Positions 15,244 to 24,582 of a stretch of 64,000 nucleotides of DNA are shown piece after piece. The translations under genes were made by a program, and so were the position numbers. The notes beneath the pieces are model-generated. The model was given only the letters and a program-made list of their open reading frames with translations, ran no database searches and had not been told where the DNA came from. Origin of the DNA: Nannocystales bacterium (GTDB taxonomy: Bacteria > Myxococcota_A > Polyangia > Nannocystales > Nannocystaceae). How positions within the stretch are numbered: the stretch's first letter is position 1; each line of letters starts with the position of its first letter. The stretch spans positions 672,001-736,000 of the forward strand of contig JBOEGF010000018.1 in NCBI GenBank assembly GCA_050633305.1, written 5' to 3'.

Positions 15244-17520
15244 ATGAGCGACGAATCGCCCAGCAACGAGGGGGCTCCGACCCCGAGCGAAGAGACCGGG
15301 ACAGGTCCCGCCCCGACCTCCGAGAGCGAAGCCGTGCGGCGTCGGCTCACGATGTTCGTGCAGCCGCGCACAAAGATGGAGAGCGCAAAGGGTCGCCGAC
15401 GGGTGCTCTACGTGGGCACCAACCCTCGTGAGTCGGCGAACCTGCAGGAGCTGCTCAACGATGCGGTCGACCCTGGGTTCGGTGTCGAGCATGCGCCCGA
15501 CGAGACGATCGCTGTCGAGATGCTGAATCGCTCGGACAAAGCGTTTCAAGTGGTTGTCGTCGAGCTCGATCGCGACCGACGAATGTGGACTCGGCTGGTC
15601 CGCGACCGACGACTGCCCAGCATTCCCCTGATCGTTGTCGACCACCGGGGCACGCCTGAGGAGCGCTCTCTTCGTCGATCTCAGCTCCTCAAGGAAGGCG
15701 CGGCGGGGTACGTCCGCCGTAGCGAGCTCTCCGGAGCCATGCTCGAGGCGCTTGTGTTCGCTGCGCTCGAGCGCGCACAGATGCGTCAGGCCCTCAGCGA
15801 GGTCCAAGAACGATTCGCCCTGGCGGTCCGCGGAGCCAACGACGGGGTGTGGGAGTGGATTCTCGAAACCGGTGAGATGCACTTCAGCCGGCGATGGCGA
15901 GAGTTGCTCGGCTACGGTGTCGACGACCTCTCCAACTCGGTCAACGAGTGGTTTGACCGCGTCCACGCCGAGGACATCGCGGCCCTCAAAGAGGACATCG
16001 ACGCCCACCTCAATGGGGACAGCCCGTACCACGAGAGTGAGCATCGGATTCGGGCCAGCGACGGAACCTACCGCTGGGTGATCTCGCGCGCCGTGGCCCA
16101 GCGTCAAAACGGACGTCCGGTTCGGATGGCCGGGTCGATCACCGACACGTCCGACTACCGTCTGCGCGAGGAAAAGATCCGAGAGGAGTCGCGTCAGGAT
16201 GCATTGACCGGACTTCCCCGTCGGGAGCCGTTCATGGAACAGCTCGCGCGGGCGGTTCGACTCGCGGACACCGACGAGACGTACTGCTTCACCGCCTTGA
16301 TGGTCGATGTTGACCGCTTCCGGTGGCTCGCGGACTCCATCGGACACCAAGCGGCGGACGGCATGCTCGCCATTCTCGCCCGCCGCCTGGTCGCCTGCGT
16401 CCGCCCTGGGGACACCGTCTCCCGCTTTGGTGGGGACAAGTTCGCCGTGCTGCTGGAGAACCTTCGCGATGTCGACACGGCGACAGACATCGCCAACCGG
16501 ATTCGCCTGTCCGTGCACGAGCCGTTCGACGTCGAAGGACAGACGGTCTACACCACCGTCTCGATCGGGCTGACGACCTCGGACCGAGCGTACGCCGATG
16601 TCGACGAGGTCATCAGCGATGTCGCCGCTGCCGCGAACAAGGCCAAGGAGCGCGGACAGGATCGCCACGAGGTGTTCGATACGAAGATGCGCATCGACGC
16701 ATTGACGACGCTTCGCCTCGAAGTTGCGTTGCGTCAGGCGGTGGAGCGCGAGGAGTTCGAGCTGCACTACCAGCCGATCGTCGATCTCAAGTCCGGCGCG
16801 CTGATGGGCTTCGAAGCGCTCACCCGCTGGCGTCACCCACGTCGTGGCATCGTCTCACCGGCCGAGTTCATCCCCGTGGCCGAGCAGACTGGGCTCATCA
16901 TTCCGATTGGGCGGTGGGCGATTCGTGTCGCGCTCGAACAACTCGGTCGTTGGCAGGCGACGCTCCCGAGCAGCAACGGTGGCAAGCCACTGTCGATGAG
17001 CGTCAACCTCTCGGGCCGACAGATCGCGGACCCGCGGTTGCTCGACGAGATTCGTACCGCGATGACCGAGAACAACATCGCCGAGGACACGTTCCGCCTC
17101 GAGCTGACGGAGTCCGTTCTCATGGACAACTCGGAGTCCGTCTCGCGGACGCTGGCGACCTTGCGGTCCAACGGCGTGCGGATCTGGGTCGACGACTTTG
17201 GTACCGGGTACTCGTCGTTGAGCTACTTGCATCGGTTCCAGTTCGATGGGCTCAAGATCGACAAGAGCTTCGTCGACGCGTTGGACGGGTCGCCACAGGG
17301 CGCGGCGATGATTCGAACGATCCTCAGCCTGGCGTCGAACCTCGGCGTTGAGGTGATCGCGGAGGGGATCGAGTACACGGTCCAGGCCGACCAACTCCTC
17401 GAGCTCGGATGTGTGCGAGGCCAGGGCTACTTGTTCAGCCGGCCGATCGCTGCAGCGAAGGTTCAGGGATACGTCGCCGGAGGCTCAACCGAGCCCGCGG
17501 GTCCGCCTGTCGCATCGTAG
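15244..17520 (+). CDS. Pseudo-REC + PAS + GGDEF(GGDKF) + EAL protein, probable c-di-GMP phosphodiesterase
   Basis: GANDGVWEW..RVHAED PAS, DALTGLP, RFGGDKF, FEALTRW, LELTES and DDFGTGYSSLSYL. Confidence 0.92.
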   Translation: MSDESPSNEGAPTPSEETGTGPAPTSESEAVRRRLTMFVQPRTKMESAKGRRRVLYVGTNPRESANLQELLNDAVDPGFGVEHAPDETIAVEMLNRSDKAFQVVVVELDRDRRMWTRLVRDRRLPSIPLIVVDHRGTPEERSLRRSQLLKEGAAGYVRRSELSGAMLEALVFAALERAQMRQALSEVQERFALAVRGANDGVWEWILETGEMHFSRRWRELLGYGVDDLSNSVNEWFDRVHAEDIAALKEDIDAHLNGDSPYHESEHRIRASDGTYRWVISRAVAQRQNGRPVRMAGSITDTSDYRLREEKIREESRQDALTGLPRREPFMEQLARAVRLADTDETYCFTALMVDVDRFRWLADSIGHQAADGMLAILARRLVACVRPGDTVSRFGGDKFAVLLENLRDVDTATDIANRIRLSVHEPFDVEGQTVYTTVSIGLTTSDRAYADVDEVISDVAAAANKAKERGQDRHEVFDTKMRIDALTTLRLEVALRQAVEREEFELHYQPIVDLKSGALMGFEALTRWRHPRRGIVSPAEFIPVAEQTGLIIPIGRWAIRVALEQLGRWQATLPSSNGGKPLSMSVNLSGRQIADPRLLDEIRTAMTENNIAEDTFRLELTESVLMDNSESVSRTLATLRSNGVRIWVDDFGTGYSSLSYLHRFQFDGLKIDKSFVDALDGSPQGAAMIRTILSLASNLGVEVIAEGIEYTVQADQLLELGCVRGQGYLFSRPIAAAKVQGYVAGGSTEPAGPPVAS

Positions 17521-17548
17521 GCGGTCTCCGAGGTCGCCCACAAACGAG

Positions 17549-17575
17549 AACGCCCCCGCGAGCGCAGGGGCGTTT
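17549..17575. terminator. Hairpin between convergent genes, possible terminator
   Basis: aacgcccc...ggggcgtt inverted repeat followed by a short T run. Confidence 0.5.
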
Positions 17576-17607
17576 GTCTGGTTGGGAGAGAGGCGCCAGG
17601 GCTGCCG

Positions 17608-18849
17608 CTACATCGTGAACGGGTAGGTCGTGCCCATCTGACCGCTCTTGAAGCGACGGAAGCTGGCCGACTTCACGGCATCTTCCACACACTTGCCCAA
17701 CGCGGTCCCGCCGTGCGGGGCGTCTGCGGCGGCGGAGAGCACCTTGCCTGTATCGCCCTGGATCGAGAGCTTCACACGGACCTTGGTGCCCGCAGCCGCT
17801 CCGTGCTTCGACCCGCACGCCTTGGCTTTGCTCTTGACGGGCTTGATCCCTGCGCGGACATCGTTGGTCGACAGCTTGCTGGGCAGCGTCTTGTCGAGGT
17901 CCTTCTTGTCGAGTTGTGCCCGGCGAGCTTCCGCGCACCCGGGTTTGTCAGGGTTGAGCAGGCAGTCGCTTGAGAATTTCCCGTCGGTCTTTCCACCCGG
18001 GGCGGGCTTGGGCTCGGGCTCGGGCTCGGGAGCGGCCCCCGCCGTAGGCTTGCGTCGGCGCTTCCGGGTCGACGCGCTCGCGCTGACCTCGGGTTCTGCC
18101 TCGACCTCCGGCTCGGGTTCGGGCTCAGGTTCGGGTTCGGGCTCGGGCTCGGGCTCAGGTTCAGCCATCGCGAGCTTGGCAGGTTCGGGCTCGGGCTTGC
18201 GGTCCGCGACCGGTTCGGGCTTGGGCTCGGGCTTGACGGGTGCCGCGGCGACCGTCTTGGGCTCGGGCTTCTTGTCACCACCGGCGAACCCGACGAAGTA
18301 GATCGCGAGGCCGGCGGCGGCGAGTCCCAGAAGGAGCAACAGCATCTTGTTTCCGCCGCCTTCCTCCTCCTCGCCCGAAGACGAGCTGACCGTCACCGGG
18401 GTGGGCTCGGCGCTTGGCTTGGACTTGGCGGCAGTGTCGGCGACGAGCGCGGCGGCAGCTTTTGAATCGTCGCTCTCCTCGGGCTCGTCGTCGGCGGAGG
18501 TGTCGTTTGACGGCGTGGCGGCGACCGGCTTGGAGTCCTCGTCGCTAGACTTGTCGTCGTCCGAAGATTCTTCTCCGGAAGCCTTGCCGTCGGAACTGGC
18601 CGAGGCGGCCGGCTTCGCGTCGGACTTTTCTTCCGCGGCCTCCCGAGCGGCGTCCTCGTCGAGCACGACGGAGGTCGCAGCTTCGCCACCGAACCCGCCG
18701 ACGCCGAGGTCTCCGTCCTCGTCGGCGCTCGCCCCGATGTTGGGGCTCGAGTCCTCGTCGTCGTCGTCTGAGCCAAACGCGGCAGCAAGGTCCTCGATAT
18801 CCTGGAGCCCGGAGCTCTCTGCGTCGTCCTTTGATTTCTCGTCGACCAT
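17608..18849 (-). CDS. Bitopic membrane protein: acidic N-terminus, TM helix, PE-repeat linker, AgmX/PglI-like (TonB-C-like) C-terminal domain
   Basis: [19 protein letters not shown], a (PE)n run, and C-terminal [35 protein letters not shown]. Confidence 0.7.
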   Translation of the reverse strand: MVDEKSKDDAESSGLQDIEDLAAAFGSDDDDEDSSPNIGASADEDGDLGVGGFGGEAATSVVLDEDAAREAAEEKSDAKPAASASSDGKASGEESSDDDKSSDEDSKPVAATPSNDTSADDEPEESDDSKAAAALVADTAAKSKPSAEPTPVTVSSSSGEEEEGGGNKMLLLLLGLAAAGLAIYFVGFAGGDKKPEPKTVAAAPVKPEPKPEPVADRKPEPEPAKLAMAEPEPEPEPEPEPEPEPEPEVEAEPEVSASASTRKRRRKPTAGAAPEPEPEPKPAPGGKTDGKFSSDCLLNPDKPGCAEARRAQLDKKDLDKTLPSKLSTNDVRAGIKPVKSKAKACGSKHGAAAGTKVRVKLSIQGDTGKVLSAAADAPHGGTALGKCVEDAVKSASFRRFKSGQMGTTYPFTM

Positions 18850-19184
18850 GGTGTCGTCAGGGGTTCTTTATGTCGTCTGCGTCACGCGTCTGCGCGACAG
18901 TGTTCAACGAACGGCATCCCGATTCCGTTCCCCTGGGGCCGGAGTTTAGCCCACCAGTGCGGGCAAACCGCAATTCTGGGCCCTCAGCCCGGCGTTCGCG
19001 CCTTGCTCGGCCGTTCAGGGCATTTTCGAGCTTGAGGCGGGTTCGCGGCGGGTCTCGGGGCCGCGCATCTCGCGAGGTGGCGGCATGCGAGCTTGCTCTC
19101 GTCGCAGTGCTGACACGCTAGCGGCACGATCGGCGCTGGCTTGGACGGGGCGGGTCCTCACCCCGGAGCTTTGGAAGGTGCCCT

Positions 19185-20474
19185 TCACCGGGGGGGGATG
19201 CGCGGGCTTGCTTGCTTGGCCTTCCGCTCGGCCTCGCGCTTGCGCCGAGCCTTCTGGACCCGCTTTTGCTCCTTTTCGACCACGGAGCCCATGGTCTTGA
19301 GGATGAGCTCGATCTGCGAGCGTTCCAGCTCGCCCCAGATCGTCACCTCGCGGCGGGTGTGTTCGACTTCGATGTCGTCGATCAACCCGCCGAGCATCAT
19401 CTTTGCGGTCAGGTTCCCGTCGATGAAGTCACGGAAGTTGCCGTTCCACCAGCCCAGAAAAGCCTTGGCTCCACCGGAGTTGATGAACTCGAGCCGGAGG
19501 TGAAACTCCGGGTTCTTGCGTGCCTCCATCGTGAACTCGACGTCGTTGGGAAGGTCAAAGGAACCCGCCGACTTCCGCTTCAGCGCTGCATGAAGGTCGT
19601 GCGCGACGAATTGCACGCCCGCGGTGGGGATGCGACGTGCGTACCGCCGCAGTTTGGTCAGCTCGCCGACGAAGTTCGCGGCGGTCTTCTCCTTGCCGAC
19701 TTCCTCGCCGAGGACCGCCGGCAAGAACTCAGGGCGGACGAGTACGGCGATGTTCTTCTTGAGAAGGACGAAGTGTCGCGGGTCGTTGTCCGGGCTGCCG
19801 TCCGCGGGCACAGGGTTGCCGCTGAGGGCGTCGCCTTGCTGCGTCCATTCGATGGTCTGCTTGGACTTGCGCGCGGCCGTTTCAATCTTGGTTTTCATGG
19901 CCTCGGTCGAGATGGTGTGGTCGACCGCGAGGAAGGTCTGAGTGACCGAGCGTAGGTTCGAGCTCGCAACCAGGATGTGGTTCGTGTCCTTGAGCGGATC
20001 GAAGCCTCCCTTGTCGACGAGGTAGCGGAAGTCCGGGAGCGGCCGGATCATGTCCATCGCATCCTGGCCGAATGGCAGTTTGCGGATGTTCCGGGTCGAC
20101 AGAAGCACGTGGTAGTTGGATGAGGGAGGACCCAGCTTGGCGACCTTGGACTTGCGCTTGCCGAGGTCGCGCTTGGGTCCCTCGTCGACGACGGGCTCTT
20201 CCTTCGGAGCTTCCTCTTTCGGAGGTTCTTCGGCTGGAGGCTCCTCGGTCGGTGGCGGCTCGGGCTCGACTTCGGCTGGCGGTACCGGCTCGGCGTTGAC
20301 GTCCGTACCTTGAACCGCGTTGATGTCGACGAGGTCGACCTCGATCATGTCGAATTCGAGATCGATGTCGACGTCGAGGGGTCCTGGGATGAGTGTGAAC
20401 CCGCTCAACAGCAGTGCGCCGTGCATCAGCACGGTGGCCGCGACAGCCGCGGCCCTGCGCCGAGCGTTACTCAC
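19185..20474 (-). CDS. Hypothetical membrane-anchored protein
   Basis: 429-aa ORF with an N-terminal TM containing His, a Pro/Glu linker and strong GC3 bias. Confidence 0.7.
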   Translation of the reverse strand: MSNARRRAAAVAATVLMHGALLLSGFTLIPGPLDVDIDLEFDMIEVDLVDINAVQGTDVNAEPVPPAEVEPEPPPTEEPPAEEPPKEEAPKEEPVVDEGPKRDLGKRKSKVAKLGPPSSNYHVLLSTRNIRKLPFGQDAMDMIRPLPDFRYLVDKGGFDPLKDTNHILVASSNLRSVTQTFLAVDHTISTEAMKTKIETAARKSKQTIEWTQQGDALSGNPVPADGSPDNDPRHFVLLKKNIAVLVRPEFLPAVLGEEVGKEKTAANFVGELTKLRRYARRIPTAGVQFVAHDLHAALKRKSAGSFDLPNDVEFTMEARKNPEFHLRLEFINSGGAKAFLGWWNGNFRDFIDGNLTAKMMLGGLIDDIEVEHTRREVTIWGELERSQIELILKTMGSVVEKEQKRVQKARRKREAERKAKQASPRIPPR

Positions 20475-20505
20475 GGCAGGATGCTAGCACGCCTGGGAAC
20501 GCGTC

Positions 20506-21357
20506 TCAGTCGAAGCGAGGCGCGCGTCCCATGAGGTCGGGGAGGGCGACCCAACCGGTCTTGCCGTCGAAGCAGACCAGCAGTTCTTCGTCCTCGAGGT
20601 GCATTTTGCACTCGGGGTCCTCCACCAGCTCGCTCAATCGCAGCGCGCCAAAAATCTCGCCCTCGGTGTCGAGGAACCAGTGCTTGCGTTCGAACCGCCG
20701 CTTGGCGATCTCTCGCATCCGTTCCAGCTCGGCGATATAGGCCTGCTTCTCGTCGTCGTCCCAACGCCCGTTGCGATTGGAGTCCCAGTGCGTCAACAAA
20801 CCAGCCGATGACGCCGCGGCTTCGCGTTCATCCGCTTCGGCCTCCAGACGATGCTCCAGCTCTTCGAGCGCAGCGGCTTCGGAGAAGAACCCCTGCTCCT
20901 CGAGCTCGAGGCGCCGCTTGTGCAGCTGGTCGAGCAAGTGTGCTTCACGCCAGCGCGAAGGCATCAACCCAAGCCGCTGAAGGATCCATGGGGTGAACAG
21001 GCCGGTTCCCGGGACTGGGAACGCGGAGTTGGCCGCCGCGATCAGACCGGCGGGGAACACCTTGACCATGTCGAGTAGTTGGGCGCGAACTTTGTCGCGC
21101 TCGGCTGCAGACACTTCACCCCCCTGCGCTCGGGCGATGATGATGCCCATCGCCTCCTTGCTTTCGTTCAGCTCTCCGACGAAGTTGCGCCAATGCAGGG
21201 AGGCCGTCGCCTTCGCCGAGCTGGTCATCCGCGTGATGAGGCTTGGGGGGCGCTCGAGGGCCTCGAGCTCCAGCTGCAGCTCATGGAGCGCACGCGTCTC
21301 CACACCCCGCGCCGACAACCGCTTCGCCACGTCGTCGAGCGTGTGATCGACCGTCAT
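20506..21357 (-). CDS. Hypothetical protein with LETM1-like segment, EF-hand loop and GYF_2-like C-terminus
   Basis: ELNESKE..ERDKVRAQLLDMVKVFP..PG..L.P; DSNRNGRWDDDE; W..EGEIFG..L..LV.FDG..GW. Confidence 0.65.
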   Translation of the reverse strand: MTVDHTLDDVAKRLSARGVETRALHELQLELEALERPPSLITRMTSSAKATASLHWRNFVGELNESKEAMGIIIARAQGGEVSAAERDKVRAQLLDMVKVFPAGLIAAANSAFPVPGTGLFTPWILQRLGLMPSRWREAHLLDQLHKRRLELEEQGFFSEAAALEELEHRLEAEADEREAAASSAGLLTHWDSNRNGRWDDDEKQAYIAELERMREIAKRRFERKHWFLDTEGEIFGALRLSELVEDPECKMHLEDEELLVCFDGKTGWVALPDLMGRAPRFD

Positions 21358-21388
21358 GCCCGAAGTATACGACCCGCAGGCGGCGAAC

Positions 21389-22123
21389 TCAGTTCAAGGT
21401 TCGCGCCCGTCGTCCGAGCTGGCTGGCGAGCTTGCGGAGTTCGGCGCCGCGGGGGTGTAGGGATGACAGCTGCTCCACGACCTCGGCTGCGCGGTCATGC
21501 GAGCCCCGACGCAGGTAGTGGTGGTGCAAGTTGTTGCAAACCCGGACCAGAATCGAGCGCGTGGGCGCAGGAACGAGAGCATCACGCAGAAGGGGGGCGG
21601 CCGCGGTGATGTGGCGGCCGGTCGCACGCGTATACAGCTCCGCGAGGCGGGAAAACGGCACCGTTTGCCCGCCGTCGAACGGGTCGAACACCATGGGGCT
21701 CGGACCGTCGAGGTTCACCCCGACCAGAAAGTGTCCAGGGAAGCCGACGCCTTGCAGGTCGATGCCGCACGTCTGCGCGAGATGGATCGCCAGTGCGCTC
21801 AGGGTGATCGGGAGGCCGTGGCCGGTCTCGAGAACACGGTCGACGAAGCTGTTGTCGACACGTTCATAGGTGTCGCCGGCACCGCCGAATCCTTCATCGC
21901 GCAGGAGCGCCATCAGCCGGACCGCGCCACCTTCATGGTCTCCGTGTTGCGTGGCGTCGCGGGTGTGGAGCTCAGCTTTGGCTTTCAGAGCCTCGAGCCG
22001 CTCCGCGTAGCCCGACCACACATAGCCCCGCTGCAGGTGATCGGAGAGCGCCTCCAAGGCCCGCATCAGCTGGCCGGGAAAAGGTTCACGCTGCGCGATG
22101 GTGACGAACGCCGATTCGGTCAC
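21389..22123 (-). CDS. SirB1/transglutaminase-like (Transglut_core2) protein
   Basis: NSFVDRVLETGHGLPITLS, GVGFPGHFL and DPFDGG. GTGA overlap with the def stop. Confidence 0.85.
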   Translation of the reverse strand: MTESAFVTIAQREPFPGQLMRALEALSDHLQRGYVWSGYAERLEALKAKAELHTRDATQHGDHEGGAVRLMALLRDEGFGGAGDTYERVDNSFVDRVLETGHGLPITLSALAIHLAQTCGIDLQGVGFPGHFLVGVNLDGPSPMVFDPFDGGQTVPFSRLAELYTRATGRHITAAAPLLRDALVPAPTRSILVRVCNNLHHHYLRRGSHDRAAEVVEQLSSLHPRGAELRKLASQLGRRARTLN

Positions 22124-22695
22124 GAGCCGTACCGTGCCACGACGGACTCGACGTTGCGACGGAAGGCATCTTCGTAATGCATCGCGAATGCCTTCCATGT
22201 GCACAGCGTGGTGGTGTCGCTGACTCGGTCGAGGAACAGCTTTCCGTCGAGGTGGTCGACCTCATGGGCGTACGTGCCCGCCGTGACGCCTGCGATCTCG
22301 TGGTCGATCGCGTTCCCGTGACGATCGAGAGCCTGGACCCGCAGGCGAGCATGTCGACGCACGACGCCCCGCATGTCTGGAACCGAGAGGCATCCCTCGT
22401 AGTTCTCGAACGTGTCGTCGCCGACCGGCGTGAGGACCGGGTTGACGAGAATCGTCAGCGGGATGTCCGGCTTGTACGGGTAGCGCGGGTTCTTATCGAC
22501 CTCGAGCGCGCAGATCCTGATCGGGCGGTAGACTTGGTTGGCGGCCAGGCCGGCCCCCCGTGCGTCGCGCATCGTTTCGACGAGGTCGTCGATGAAGGTT
22601 TGCACGTCGCCGCTGGCGAGCGCCTCGGCGCTCACGGGCTCAGCAGCGGTTCGAAGAACAGGCGTGCCCACTTGGGCGATCTTGAGCAGCGTCAT
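22120..22695 (-). CDS. def: Peptide deformylase
   Basis: GAGLAANQ, EGCLSVP and HEVDHLDG motifs. Confidence 0.95.
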   Translation of the reverse strand: MTLLKIAQVGTPVLRTAAEPVSAEALASGDVQTFIDDLVETMRDARGAGLAANQVYRPIRICALEVDKNPRYPYKPDIPLTILVNPVLTPVGDDTFENYEGCLSVPDMRGVVRRHARLRVQALDRHGNAIDHEIAGVTAGTYAHEVDHLDGKLFLDRVSDTTTLCTWKAFAMHYEDAFRRNVESVVARYGS

Positions 22696-22699
22696 CGGG

Positions 22700-24460
22700 C
22701 TATTTGATGACCTTGGCCTTGAGCGCCGCCTTGCCGTCCTTGACGTACACGGTGAACTGCACCCGCTTGATGTCGGGGCGCTTGGCTTTGAGGTCGCGCT
22801 CGTTTTTCCGCAGCTTGGCTGCGAACCGCTCGTAGGTGAGGTTGGCGGTGGGCTCGCCGCAGGCTTGCTTGACCTGCACGAACTCCTCGAAGATCTCCCC
22901 AAACTCCTCCTCGGGAGGTTCGGCTTCGGGCGGCGAAGGTGTCGCTGCTGGGGGCGCAGGGACGGGCGCGGGTGCTGCCGGAGGAGGTGCGGCGGGCTGC
23001 GGGACCGCGGGTGCCGGAGCCGTGTGCCTCGGTGCTGGAACGGGAACGGGAACGGGAGCGGGAGCCGGGACCGCGGAGGGTGCCGGGGCCGCGAACGCCG
23101 GAGGCGCTGCAGCTTCGGGCGTCGCCGCGGGCGCGGGCGCTGGGGTGTCTTCGGCCGCGGGCTGGACTCCGGTTTTGGCCCGTCGCCGGCTTCCGGTGTT
23201 GGTGGCCGACGACTCTTGCTGCCCCTCACCGAGCTTCTGGTGGGCTCGGGTCAGCCGGCGGCGCCGGGATGTTCGGGTTCGACGGGGAGCGGGCTCTTCC
23301 TCTTCGGCCACGCCGTCGTCGTCGATGTCGAGCTCGGCGAGGAAGGCTTGTCGGAGCGCCTCGTACGCGCCTGCGGCGGCGCGTGCTGTCTGCCCCGGTG
23401 TGCCTCCGTAGCGGTCATGGAAGACTTGGTGCTGCTGCCCGACGGCGAGCGCGTTGAACTCTTGAGCGAGGCGCCGCATGGGCCCGATCGCTTCGAGGTA
23501 CGGCAAGTACACGGCAAGGGCCCCGGAGAGCAGGAGGAGTCCGACCAGGATGGGCCAGTTGACGCGGACGCCCTTGCGTCGCGCTTCGCTGATGGCGGCC
23601 GCGATGTCCTGCTGACTCGCGGCAGCGGTCTCCCGGCTCATCACAATGAGGATCGCGCCGTTGTCCCCCTTGCCTGCCGGCCCGGGCACTCGCCCCATCG
23701 CGCCGATGCGCTTGTCGAGGCCGGAGCCCATGGCGAACACGTTGCTCGAGCCGTCGCTTGGAACTTCGGAACTCCGCTCTGCGGCGAGCGCTTCGATCTC
23801 ATCGCCGATGGGTTGGTCGCCGATGATCTCGCCGACGAGTTTTCCGTCGCGAACGATCCCCGCGGGCGTCTCGGATCCGAGGACTCGCCGAAGCAGAGAG
23901 CCCGCGCCCAGGTTGAGTTTGTCGACGCCGACCAGTCGCTGGTCGCCGACGACGGAACGCGTGACCTTGGCGACGTGGATCTCATCGCCGAGCGTGATCG
24001 AGAACTGTCCATCCTCCGTCGGAGGAATGCTCCGAAACGCCTCGGTTGCGATGACGTCGGCCATCGATGCTTCGGCGAGGCCGTTGGATGCCACGATCTT
24101 TCCCGAGCCGTTGACCACCGCGACGGTGATGTTCGACTTGGTGCGAACGCGGAGCGCCTCGGTCGCTTCTGCGAGGACCTGAGACAGTGGCGTGACTTCG
24201 TCGTCGTCGTCGTCTTTGGGGTCGCGAGCGAGGGCTTCCCGGAGACTGTCGTCGAGGACCAGCGCATTGACCTGTTGCACGGTCGACGCGCTGATCTCGG
24301 CGGTCAGGGCAGCGACCCCGGCCTCGGTGACGGCTCGCACCGCGTCCCGATCTGCGTCCGTGAAGTCGCCGCTTTGGCCGGCGGAGAGGAGGAACATGCC
24401 GGCGAGGCAGCCCGTGGCGAGGACAGCCAGAAGGACGGCCCAGATGCGCGTAAGTAGCAC
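22700..24460 (-). CDS. MXAN_5187-family membrane protein
   Basis: Two TM helices, a Pro/Ala linker and C-terminal YERFAAKLRKN..VQFTVYVKDGKAALKA. Confidence 0.75.
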   Translation of the reverse strand: MLLTRIWAVLLAVLATGCLAGMFLLSAGQSGDFTDADRDAVRAVTEAGVAALTAEISASTVQQVNALVLDDSLREALARDPKDDDDDEVTPLSQVLAEATEALRVRTKSNITVAVVNGSGKIVASNGLAEASMADVIATEAFRSIPPTEDGQFSITLGDEIHVAKVTRSVVGDQRLVGVDKLNLGAGSLLRRVLGSETPAGIVRDGKLVGEIIGDQPIGDEIEALAAERSSEVPSDGSSNVFAMGSGLDKRIGAMGRVPGPAGKGDNGAILIVMSRETAAASQQDIAAAISEARRKGVRVNWPILVGLLLLSGALAVYLPYLEAIGPMRRLAQEFNALAVGQQHQVFHDRYGGTPGQTARAAAGAYEALRQAFLAELDIDDDGVAEEEEPAPRRTRTSRRRRLTRAHQKLGEGQQESSATNTGSRRRAKTGVQPAAEDTPAPAPAATPEAAAPPAFAAPAPSAVPAPAPVPVPVPAPRHTAPAPAVPQPAAPPPAAPAPVPAPPAATPSPPEAEPPEEEFGEIFEEFVQVKQACGEPTANLTYERFAAKLRKNERDLKAKRPDIKRVQFTVYVKDGKAALKAKVIK

Positions 24461-24582
24461 GGTTGCTCCAGAGTGTAGGCCGGGGCGCGGCCCTACCGCA
24501 ATGCTCGTCAGCGCCCCTACGGCCAACCGGCCTGACATAAAAAAGGTTGCAACGCCTGGCGTGGGCGGTCGACCGGGATGTC

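Noticed and set aside
15154..16836. Long antisense ORFs (also 22538..24457, 42528..43781, 53707..55053)
   Set aside because: Typical high-GC3 shadow frames opposite well-supported genes.
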